Source: a bacterium (GTDB lineage Bacteria; SAR324; NAC60-12). Taken from it: a stretch of DNA of 64,000 bases. Positions 1 through 8,676 of this stretch are shown here, one piece after another. The notes under the pieces were generated by a model that worked only from the letters and a program-made list of their open reading frames with translations, was not told where the DNA came from and made no database searches. The position numbers and the translations under genes were made by a program. Location of the stretch: the NCBI GenBank assembly GCA_965209155.1, contig OZ242383.1, positions 512,001 through 576,000 of the forward strand, given 5' to 3'. Within the stretch, counting starts at the first letter, position 1. Each line of letters starts with the position of its first letter.

Positions 1-683
1 AAAACTGGTTTCTGGTCAAATCTTTGGTCTGGATGATTCGCGGCACGGGTTGGACTGCAAAAACCATCCATTTGAATGAGAAATTTGTCGACTCACTCGA
101 GCAGAATTACATCCTTGCCACTTGGCACCAAAATATTTATTTCAGTTGCTGGCTTTTGAAGAATCGAAAACTTGGTTCCATGATCAGTGAAAGCGAAGAT
201 GGTGAGATGATAACCAGGGTGGTAGAGCATTTTTCCTTTGTTCCGATTCGTGGCTCCTCTTCCTATGGGGGCAGCCGGGCTCTCCGGGAAATTGTGGCTT
301 ATCTCAAAGGTCCTTTGCCTGCCGCCATCACTCCCGATGGTCCTCGGGGTCCTCGCTGCCGGGTACAACCCGGTGTCATCATGATCTCCAAAATGAGTGG
401 TGCGCCAATCATTCCCTGGTGTTTTGAAGCTCTTGACCAGTGGACCATCTACAGTAGCTGGGATCAACATAAAATTCCAAAACCCTTCACCCTTGCAGTC
501 AGTGTTTTTGGCCCTCCTGTTTATGTTCCCGCTTCACTGACCCGGGAAGAAATCGAGGAATACTGCTTTAAGTTGGGGCAAGCCATGGTCGACCTGCAAA
601 AACAAGCTGCTGCGGAAATAAAAAGACTGCAGCGCATGGGAGCGCATCGCCTTTTTGCAAGGTTTCGGGAGTGGTGGTCATAA
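1..683 (+). CDS. DUF374 / lysophospholipid acyltransferase-family protein (5' end outside window)
   Basis: Frame is open from the window edge; WH, S.S.DGE, RGSS and TPDGPRGP motifs typical of DUF374. Confidence 0.85.
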   Translation, partial: NWFLVKSLVWMIRGTGWTAKTIHLNEKFVDSLEQNYILATWHQNIYFSCWLLKNRKLGSMISESEDGEMITRVVEHFSFVPIRGSSSYGGSRALREIVAYLKGPLPAAITPDGPRGPRCRVQPGVIMISKMSGAPIIPWCFEALDQWTIYSSWDQHKIPKPFTLAVSVFGPPVYVPASLTREEIEEYCFKLGQAMVDLQKQAAAEIKRLQRMGAHRLFARFREWWS

Positions 684-699
684 AAAATAAAAAAAATCA

Positions 700-2775
700 T
701 CACTCGTCTGCAGGTACCCGGCTCTCTGCAATCACTTTTTGTTCGTAATCCCTTGGCATTTCTTCGTAGTGGCTGAATTCTTCGGTATGAATTCCCCGCC
801 CCCCCGTCAACGAGCGTAAGGTAGTGGCATAGTAATGGAGCTCGGCCTGGGGCACCTGCGCTTTGACGACCTGCATCACTCCTTTCGAATCCATACCCAG
901 GATTTTTCCCCGGCGACTGGAAATATCACCCATCACATCGCCCATGGCATCTTCCGGAATTTTGACTTCAATATTGTAAATCGGTTCCAACAAGCAGGGA
1001 CGGGCTTCTTTGAACGCTTCTTTCAATGCTTGTTTGCCTGCAATTTGGAATGCGACGTCCTTGGAGTCGACCGGGTGTTGTTTCCCGTCATAGAAATCCA
1101 CTTTCAAATCCACAGCCCGATACCCTGCGACAATGCCTTCCTCACAGGCAGCCATCACCCCTTTTTCCACGGAGGGCACAAAAACCCGGTCCACGTTTTG
1201 TCCTACCAGCGACTGCGTGAACTCCACCCCCTCTCCTCGATTTTTGGGTTCGATGCGCATCCAGACTTCAGCAAACTGCCCTGCGCCTCCGGTTTGCTTC
1301 TTGTGACGATACTTGGATTCTCCATTGGCCTGGATGGTTTCCCGGAAAGGGATTTTGGGCTTATGCAACTCGATTTCCACCTTGAAGCGATTTTTCAAAC
1401 GATCGGTGATCACTTGTAAATGCAATTCCCCTTGACCCGAAATAATGGTCTGGTGTAACTCGGCATCGACCCGGTAAATGAAGGTAGGGTCTTCTTCGTG
1501 AAGGGTACCCAGGCCGATGGCGATTTTCTCTTCTTCTCCCTTGGATTTGGGTTTCAAGGCGGCGTGGATATTGGGTTTGGGATATTCCACCGGGTGCAGG
1601 GTTACTATTTTTTTCGTGCTGCATAGCGTTTCATTGGTGTGGGTATCCTTCAATTTGACGACCGCCCCGATGTCTCCACTGAACAGGTTTTTTACGCTTT
1701 CCCGTTCCTTGCCATTGAGCAGGTAGACCTGTCCGATGCGTTCATTGATCTTCCTCGCGCTGTTGTGTACGTCTATCCCGGAAGTGATCGTTCCGGAATA
1801 GATACGGAAAAAAGACATTTCCCCCAAGTGAGCCTCACTCAGCGTCTTGAATACATACATTACGGGATCGGAATCGGTCAAAGCGATTTCGACTTCATTC
1901 CCCTCCGGATCCGTCGCCTTCACATTGCCGCGGTCCAGTGGAGAGGGTCCGTATTGCGCGATGAAATCCATGATCAGGCTCACACCGGTATTCGATTCGG
2001 CAGATGCGCAGAAAAGAGGGACAAAGGACTGATTTTGCACGGCGGTGTGGATACCTGCCCGCATTTCTTCCTCAGTCAGACCTTCCTCGAAAAATTTCTC
2101 CAAAAGCGTGTCATCGGATTCCGCGACGTATTCGATCAATTGCTGGTGCATCTCCTCTAAGCGGCCTTGCCACTCTCCTTCCACCGGATGTTTTTCCAAT
2201 TGACCGCTACCTCCGCTTCGATAGGTACAAACTTTCCCGGACAATATATCCAATACCCGATTGAATTCGGGACCCGCATTGACTGGAACATTCATGGGAA
2301 ATACATTATTTCCGAATCGTTCTTTAACCTGGGCCAGAACTTTGTCGAAGTCAGCATATTCTTTGTCGAGTCCATTGATGACCAGGATTTTGGGGATCTC
2401 GAAATTCGTTGCGAATTCCCATACCTGGTCCGTGCCCACTTGCACTCCTTGAACCGCATCAACGACCACCAAAGCAGCATCCCCCACCCGCAGGGCTCCT
2501 AAACTTTCGCTAATGAAATCCGAATATCCCGGAGTGTCGATGATGTTCAGCTTTTTTCCTTGCCATTCCGTCTGCAGTAAAGACGCATGGATAGAAATTT
2601 GACGGGCTTGTTCATCTTCATGGTAGTCTGAAACCGTGTTCCCATTGACAATGCTACCCAGCCGGTTGATCACACCGCTGCAAACTAATATCGCCTCACT
2701 CAACATCGTCTTACCCGAAGCCCCATGGCCCACAATAGCAATATTTCGAATATCGGCGGATTTGTATTCTTTCAT
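700..2775 (-). CDS. fusA: Elongation factor G paralogue (EF-G2/EF-G-like)
   Basis: 691 aa; IRNIAIVGH..SGKT, DTPG, KKQTGGAGQFA and LLEPI motifs; G-motifs deviate from canonical EF-G. Confidence 0.92.
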   Translation of the reverse strand: MKEYKSADIRNIAIVGHGASGKTMLSEAILVCSGVINRLGSIVNGNTVSDYHEDEQARQISIHASLLQTEWQGKKLNIIDTPGYSDFISESLGALRVGDAALVVVDAVQGVQVGTDQVWEFATNFEIPKILVINGLDKEYADFDKVLAQVKERFGNNVFPMNVPVNAGPEFNRVLDILSGKVCTYRSGGSGQLEKHPVEGEWQGRLEEMHQQLIEYVAESDDTLLEKFFEEGLTEEEMRAGIHTAVQNQSFVPLFCASAESNTGVSLIMDFIAQYGPSPLDRGNVKATDPEGNEVEIALTDSDPVMYVFKTLSEAHLGEMSFFRIYSGTITSGIDVHNSARKINERIGQVYLLNGKERESVKNLFSGDIGAVVKLKDTHTNETLCSTKKIVTLHPVEYPKPNIHAALKPKSKGEEEKIAIGLGTLHEEDPTFIYRVDAELHQTIISGQGELHLQVITDRLKNRFKVEIELHKPKIPFRETIQANGESKYRHKKQTGGAGQFAEVWMRIEPKNRGEGVEFTQSLVGQNVDRVFVPSVEKGVMAACEEGIVAGYRAVDLKVDFYDGKQHPVDSKDVAFQIAGKQALKEAFKEARPCLLEPIYNIEVKIPEDAMGDVMGDISSRRGKILGMDSKGVMQVVKAQVPQAELHYYATTLRSLTGGRGIHTEEFSHYEEMPRDYEQKVIAESRVPADE

Positions 2776-2996
2776 GGACTTAACCTCTTGCTCTCAGAAA
2801 TTTCAGTTGATACGAAAAGCAGAAATCACCTTACGAAAAATTTTTCATGAGTCTAGAATTGACAATTAGAAGTACGAAGGTTATTACGTAATCCCTCAAT
2901 TTTCAATTTTTATTTAGCCATGGGATTCCGGGAAGTACCCTGCGCTTTTCAAAATCGCGCAAGGACGTTGGAGACTGTCTGGTTTACATAGTAACT

Positions 2997-4673
2997 ATGT
3001 GGCTATCCATGATGATCCGCTTGGTCAGACGCATAACGGGTTGGCAGTCGTCGTACGGCGTCGCCAACCTCAAGGGCGATTTTTTTGGTGGAATGGTGTC
3101 CGCCGTCATGATGGTGCCGGTTGCGCTCGGCTTCGGGGCGCTGTCCGGGCTCGGTCCGGTGGCCGCGTTCTACGGCGCGATCATCGTCGGGTTCTGCACT
3201 GCCGCGTTTGGTGGCGCAGCTCCCATGATCTCAGGGCCCAGCGCCCTGATAACCGTATTCACGGCTGTCATTCTCAGCTCCTATGCCGACAGCCTGGCCG
3301 AAGCGTTCACTATTGTGATGATGGCCGGAATCATCCAGATTGCTTTCGGTCTCTTGCGGCTGGGCAGGTTCGCCAACTGGTTGCCCTTCTCGGTGGTGCG
3401 GGGAGTATTCGTAGGCGTGGGCGGGTATATATTCATGACCCAGACGCTCTGGATTCTCGGCTCGTCCATCGAACCCGGCATAGGACTGTTCGACATTATC
3501 GCCTCCTGGCCGAACGCGATCCTCGACGTCAACACTCACGCGCTCGCGGTGGCAGTCATCACACTGGCCGTATTCGTCTCCTGGCCGGACAGGTTCCATC
3601 GCATTGTACCGGATGCCCTGGTAGCGCTGATAGTGGGTGCGCTCGCGGGAGTGTTCTTGTTCGACTCCGCGCCGCGCTTGGGGGACACCCCGGTAGGTCT
3701 TCCCGAGATCCAGGTACCCGTATTCCACGGCCAGGTGCTGATCGATGCCATACAACCCGCCCTGATCCTGGCCTTCCTCAGTTCGATGTACAACCTCCTC
3801 ACCGCCCTGATCATAGATCCACTGACCGGACGCACGCATAAGCCCAACCGCGAACTCGTCGGACTCGGGATCGGCAACATCGTGACAGGCGCTTTGGGAG
3901 GTCTGCCGGGCGCGGCTTCCGCTCCCTGCTCGCTCCTTGCAGCACGTGCAGGGGGTAGATCGGCAGTGACCGGCATGGTCTGCGCCGGGGTCCTCTTGGC
4001 TATTCTTTTCGGGCTGGGCAGGTTTATCTCCTACGTTCCACTCGCCGCCTTCGCCGGAATTCTGATCAAGGTCGGCTGGGACATGATGGACGTGCGATTC
4101 CTGAGACGTATCCCCAAGCTCTCCCCGGACATCGGTCTGGTTACGCTGCTCACCGCCCTGCTCTCACTGGTCTTTGACGTCATATCGGCAATTGCCGTGG
4201 GATTCATCGTTTCCGGCATGGCCAACGCGATGCGTCTCCAGGGCCAGCAACTGAACCAGACCGTATCCACGCCCTTGCTGGACATGATCCTGTTCCCCGA
4301 TGCGGCAGACGACCCGGACTTCGATCCCTTCCGCGCGCGGGTGGGCCTCCTCTCACTCCGCGGAAGCTACTCGATTGCGTCAGCCAGGGAGATCGTGCGC
4401 GTCATCAGTCCCGATCTCGTTGACCACGAAGTCGTCATCTTCGACTTCAGCGAGACATCCGCTATGGACGACAGCGCGGCAATGGCGGTGGAAGACCTCA
4501 TCAACTCCATCGTGCGCGACCAGGACAAATCCTGCATCATCTCGGGCCTCTCCGACCCACTCGAGGAAAACCTCGGCACCCTGGGCATTTTCGACAACGT
4601 TCCCCACGAGGACTTCGCCAAAGACTTGGACGAAGCGAAAGCCATCGCCGCCCGCATCCTTGAAGAAGCTTGA
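2997..4673 (+). CDS. SulP-family anion transporter with C-terminal STAS domain
   Basis: Multiple hydrophobic segments; GD..GG, ISGP and NRELVGLGIGN motifs; STAS-like VIFDFS...MDDSA; visibly GC-richer than its flanks. Confidence 0.9.
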   Translation: MWLSMMIRLVRRITGWQSSYGVANLKGDFFGGMVSAVMMVPVALGFGALSGLGPVAAFYGAIIVGFCTAAFGGAAPMISGPSALITVFTAVILSSYADSLAEAFTIVMMAGIIQIAFGLLRLGRFANWLPFSVVRGVFVGVGGYIFMTQTLWILGSSIEPGIGLFDIIASWPNAILDVNTHALAVAVITLAVFVSWPDRFHRIVPDALVALIVGALAGVFLFDSAPRLGDTPVGLPEIQVPVFHGQVLIDAIQPALILAFLSSMYNLLTALIIDPLTGRTHKPNRELVGLGIGNIVTGALGGLPGAASAPCSLLAARAGGRSAVTGMVCAGVLLAILFGLGRFISYVPLAAFAGILIKVGWDMMDVRFLRRIPKLSPDIGLVTLLTALLSLVFDVISAIAVGFIVSGMANAMRLQGQQLNQTVSTPLLDMILFPDAADDPDFDPFRARVGLLSLRGSYSIASAREIVRVISPDLVDHEVVIFDFSETSAMDDSAAMAVEDLINSIVRDQDKSCIISGLSDPLEENLGTLGIFDNVPHEDFAKDLDEAKAIAARILEEA

Positions 4674-4821
4674 TTTATGATGCCGAATGAAACCTTTCAC
4701 CCGCGACATTTTTCATACCGGAGCGGCTTGCGAGTTGCCGCATCCTGTTTTCTCTTTGAAAATCGCAAAGCCCTGTTGTAGACTGTTTAGACTATTTTAA
4801 CCGGAGTGGGAGAAAGGCAGC

Positions 4822-5997
4822 ATGAGTGGCGAACCGCAGTTGTTCAGGATTAACCCGGAAAACCAGCAATCTGATCGGATTGAAGAGGTGGACTTTACAC
4901 AGCTAGGATTAAAGGAACGCTGGGACATCCAGGATTGGGTGGTAAAAAATCCTGGTATCCTGGGCGATGATCTGCTGATAATCGGCAAGGAATTCAGCGA
5001 TTTCGACCTCACGAACGAAAGGTTGGACCTGCTGGCGGTGGACTGGGATGGCAGGTTGGTAATCATAGAACTCAAGCGCGATGATTCAGGTGCCGATGCG
5101 TACTGGCAGGCAATAAAATACGCCAGCTATTTCACCAAGACTACTAAAGAGCAAATCGTCGACCTTGCATCGAATTACCTAAGTGAATCGAAGGAACAAG
5201 CATTCGATCGTTTGTTGGAGCACTTAGACGCTGACGACCTGAGCGCACTGAACAACGATCAGCGCATCATCCTGGCAAGTCACCGATTCGCCCCCGAAGT
5301 GACTTCCGCTGCTCTATGGCTCAACCAAAAGGTTCCCACCGAAGACCTCATCACTTGCGTCAAGCTCACTCCATTCCATGATACGCAAACGAAATCCCTG
5401 TATGTACAGGCGTCCACCATAATCCCTGTACCCGGAGTAGACGTGGTAAGTGTAGTATCTGGTGTCCGACCGGAGAGTGGAGGAATCGGTATCAGTTTCG
5501 CAGCCAAACGGCGAAAGACTTTCGAGCGGAACAAAAATGATGAGGTCACGCAATTCCTCAGGAAAGCAGGTCAATTGGCCACGGATGGTCTAGCGGACGA
5601 AATAAGGCCTGATAGAACAAGCCAATTGGGAGGTGTTCATCGGTGGGGTGGACGCTACTATCGTCTCTGGTACGAGCACCCACCTTGGGACAATCATGGA
5701 CATTCCTATCAAATAGACCTTCATCCTCAGGATGGCGAAGGTGAGTGGCTGGCCAACTTATATTTCGGCTATCGTGACGACATTGCCGAGCTTTTGGAAG
5801 GAGTCGTCGTTCACTCCCAGCAGCGCTTTGGGAAAAACTGGATTGAGGTAGACGTTGGCCCAAGTGCCCTTGACGACAAATTCGCTGGGGAAATTGCCGA
5901 GGTCATCCGGAGTTTTATCGAGCGTATCACACCCATCATTGACGTCCTGGAAAACGAAACTGGCAACGACGAATCCCAGCCAGCAGCAAGCTGTTGA
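4822..5997 (+). CDS. NucS/DUF91-like PD-(D/E)XK endonuclease-domain protein
   Basis: ERWDIQDW...IIGKEF...RLDLLAVD..GRLVIIELKR...QAIKYASY; RBS GAAAGG upstream. Confidence 0.8.
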   Translation: MSGEPQLFRINPENQQSDRIEEVDFTQLGLKERWDIQDWVVKNPGILGDDLLIIGKEFSDFDLTNERLDLLAVDWDGRLVIIELKRDDSGADAYWQAIKYASYFTKTTKEQIVDLASNYLSESKEQAFDRLLEHLDADDLSALNNDQRIILASHRFAPEVTSAALWLNQKVPTEDLITCVKLTPFHDTQTKSLYVQASTIIPVPGVDVVSVVSGVRPESGGIGISFAAKRRKTFERNKNDEVTQFLRKAGQLATDGLADEIRPDRTSQLGGVHRWGGRYYRLWYEHPPWDNHGHSYQIDLHPQDGEGEWLANLYFGYRDDIAELLEGVVVHSQQRFGKNWIEVDVGPSALDDKFAGEIAEVIRSFIERITPIIDVLENETGNDESQPAASC

Positions 5998-6210
5998 TCG
6001 TTGCCAATCCCACGCTTCTCTCTTCAACTTCACCCTCACATCCACGCGCTGCTTCCTGGTGGAATGCTCAAAGACGATACTCTCTACCAACCGTTTGCCT
6101 ATTCTACAGACGTGATAGTCCATCAATTCAAAGCTTGACTGTTGGCCATCTTATTCAAACAGGAAATCTGCACCCAGGAATCATCGACCAGTTGATGTCC
6201 TGGAGAGATG
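5998..6210 (+). pseudogene. IS91/ISCR-like rolling-circle transposase remnant
   Basis: Reading across a frameshift and a TGA gives CQSH..LFN(F)HPHIHALLPGG...IIDQLMSWR, i.e. the HUH (HPHIH) motif in an IS91-family context. Confidence 0.6.
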
Positions 6211-6227
6211 AAGCAGGAATCTTATTT

Positions 6228-7208
6228 CTAATCAAAGAAACTGGTTTGGATTGGTTGATTGTTTCTGGCGACTGGTTTTTTCGATAAATTATTTTTAACA
6301 ATTGAATCTAAATTACTTCGATTGATTATCGTTATTTCCTCTTTTTGCTCATTGAGCAATTGTCTGTTTAAATCGTATTTTGGGTTATTTCCATCAGTCA
6401 AATCGTCATAAATCACAGCAACAGAAATAGAATAATTCAAAGCATACCGTATCGCCAACCTCGACCCGCTGTCATTGCCTTGGTCATTTTTAGCATAACT
6501 CGCTGACAAAATAATAAAATCACTAAAAAGCGCTTGTAATCGATCCCGCTCTTGATATCTGCCAGCCAACTCCATTTTGGATTGGGCATCTGCATAATAC
6601 TCTGTTATCAATAACCCGTTTTTTCTAACGATCTCGTTGGCTAATTCTATGTTTTTTGCTGGCAAAATATGATTCAAGGGACTGGGAAGAATAGCTACGG
6701 TCTTTCCATTCGATCGCAAGGTCTGCCTGTGCGCTATTGAATCGCAACCCAAAGCCAATCCGCTGACAATGGTAGCACCATTTTTAACCAATTTTGAAAC
6801 CACTTCTTGTTCTATTTTTTCAATATCACGATCTGGGTTGAGTAAGCCAATAACGGCAATATTTTTATTCGCTTTTTTCAACAAACTCAGGTCACCACGA
6901 TAAAACAGAACGATTGGCTGTTCGCTTTTTTTTACATTTCCCCTGGAGTGAGGGAATCTTTCATCCCCAAATGCAACAATTCCATCCATAAAATCTTCTA
7001 ATCTCAGAACATCTTCTCTTATCCTTTCTTTATTCCTTTCAAAGTCCTCCAGTGTTATATGATGGTCTTCTTTTGCATCTATATTCAATAAATTCACAAT
7101 GGTATCTACTCTTTCATCTCCTCTTAGATTTTTAACAATCCAAGCTCGGCCAATGCCTTTATAGGTCATTGCAGTTAAAATATTGATTGAATTTTCTGAA
7201 TAAATCAT
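6228..7208 (-). CDS. DprA/Smf-like protein (ShosA-like candidate antitoxin)
   Basis: P.VLFYRGDL, IAVIG, IVSGLALGCDSIAH and RDRLQA motifs; AT-rich; start overlaps the PRTase stop. Confidence 0.85.
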   Translation of the reverse strand: MIYSENSINILTAMTYKGIGRAWIVKNLRGDERVDTIVNLLNIDAKEDHHITLEDFERNKERIREDVLRLEDFMDGIVAFGDERFPHSRGNVKKSEQPIVLFYRGDLSLLKKANKNIAVIGLLNPDRDIEKIEQEVVSKLVKNGATIVSGLALGCDSIAHRQTLRSNGKTVAILPSPLNHILPAKNIELANEIVRKNGLLITEYYADAQSKMELAGRYQERDRLQALFSDFIILSASYAKNDQGNDSGSRLAIRYALNYSISVAVIYDDLTDGNNPKYDLNRQLLNEQKEEITIINRSNLDSIVKNNLSKKPVARNNQPIQTSFFD

Positions 7209-7831
7209 ATGTTATGAACCTGACTGAAATTGGTTTTTCCTGTGCAACCTACAGCATAAAAAGTCACAGAACGTGCCCTTTTGTCCAATAATGCTTGGAT
7301 TGCATCTTCATCAATATTTATGTTTCTGGTGTATACATCGTCAATTAACAAAATATCTTTGTCCCTGACATGATTCGATATTTTACAAGTTTCGGCGGTA
7401 ATTCCTGGATATGGTTCTGCACCGTCATTGTTGAAATTGGGTGTGTGAGCTCGCAGATGGGTGGTTCTGGTGATGGTGTGTCGAACAATATAATCTATGC
7501 CATCAATAAAACTGTTGAGTTGATTAACAACACTTCGAACAGTAGACTTAAATAATAATTGATTCGGGTGATAATTAGTTTTTGCTCTTGGAACCACACA
7601 AACTGTTAGTGGTGGTATTCGTGATAATTGTGGTAAATCTTCCAATAATACTCTTCTTAGCTCTTGAACAGCATTATCTAAAATTGATTTTGGACAATCG
7701 TTGTAGGTGTTTTTTAGCGTATTAATATAATCAGGATTTCCGGGGTTTTTATATTTGACAAACTTCACATGAAAAAAGGCTCCAATATCTCGTCTTAAAT
7801 AACGATTAGAGTGAATTAAAAATTTATTCAT
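7205..7831 (-). CDS. Phosphoribosyltransferase (ComF/ShosT-like)
   Basis: VCVVPRAK, RTTHL and ILLIDDVYT (PRPP-binding loop); start placed at MNKF (7831) although the ORF extends to 7936. Confidence 0.8.
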   Translation of the reverse strand: MNKFLIHSNRYLRRDIGAFFHVKFVKYKNPGNPDYINTLKNTYNDCPKSILDNAVQELRRVLLEDLPQLSRIPPLTVCVVPRAKTNYHPNQLLFKSTVRSVVNQLNSFIDGIDYIVRHTITRTTHLRAHTPNFNNDGAEPYPGITAETCKISNHVRDKDILLIDDVYTRNINIDEDAIQALLDKRARSVTFYAVGCTGKTNFSQVHNI

Positions 7832-7942
7832 ACTTTTCAATCCTATTGAGATATAGGCAAATTCTGGGGAAGGCCGTTTAGGCGACGATCCTGTATTTAG
7901 CAATTCCATCAACAAATTGCACTCCCAACGAGGCAATGTTTA

Positions 7943-8074
7943 TCATTTTTCATCCTCCTCCAATTTCAGCACTTCCCTGAGTATCGCTCTGGCTTTCACT
8001 TTCAAGAGTTCACTCAAATGATCCTCAATAATTTGCTCTGGCTTTTCCAGATCAATCACCTTATGCTTGCTCAT
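7943..8074 (-). pseudogene. IS256-like transposase N-terminal stub
   Basis: Translates MSKHKVIDLEKPEQIIEDHLSELLKVKARAILREVLKLEE, resembling IS256 transposase N-termini, then stops. Confidence 0.5.
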
Positions 8075-8207
8075 CGGCGAATTTTTTAATTGATGTTATT
8101 CTGTTTATGTTAAACTTTCATCTACAGGATAAGCCACCTTCAAATTTAGTCCATCCCCAGAATTTGACTATAACTCAGAAATTTATCAGATTTTTAGTAT
8201 TGAGGTC

Positions 8208-8268
8208 ATAATAGATTAATAGGGTTCATCCATCGAGGAAACGAATCAATCCCAGGACCGCAAAGATT
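8208..8268. repeat. Dispersed ~60-bp repeat, copy 1 (copy 2 at 18782-18841)
   Basis: Identical 30-bp core GTTCATCCATCGAGGAAACGAATCAATCCC with similar flanks at both sites. Confidence 0.85.
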
Positions 8269-8271
8269 CCA

Positions 8272-8538
8272 ATGAATACAACAGCAGAAATAGAATTCAT
8301 CGAAATTATAGAAGTTCAGTATCAGACCGATTATCAATTGGAACTTGTTTTCAACGATGGGAAAAAACAGGTTGTTGATTTTGGGCCTTTTTTGAAGAAA
8401 TCAAATCACCCGGAAATTCAAAAATATTTAGATCCCGCTCGATTTAAACAATTCACTTTTGAATATGGTCATCTTCACTGGAATGACTATGATTTATCCT
8501 TTTCTATTGATGATTTGTATGAAGGGCAATTTTTATAA
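8272..8538 (+). CDS. DUF2442 family protein
   Basis: 88 aa; Y.L.L.FNDG....VDF..FL......LD...F..F....G.L.W pattern. Confidence 0.8.
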   Translation: MNTTAEIEFIEIIEVQYQTDYQLELVFNDGKKQVVDFGPFLKKSNHPEIQKYLDPARFKQFTFEYGHLHWNDYDLSFSIDDLYEGQFL

Positions 8539-8676
8539 GAAAAGAGAATGTGGACCGCCATTCCAGACTTTATTCTTTGACGAAAGCAAGATAGATTTCC
8601 TTTCGTATCCTATTTCCCAAATCCTTCAAGTGCCTGGGCAAAAGCGCTGTTGAGGAAGTGATGAGCACACTGAGGA

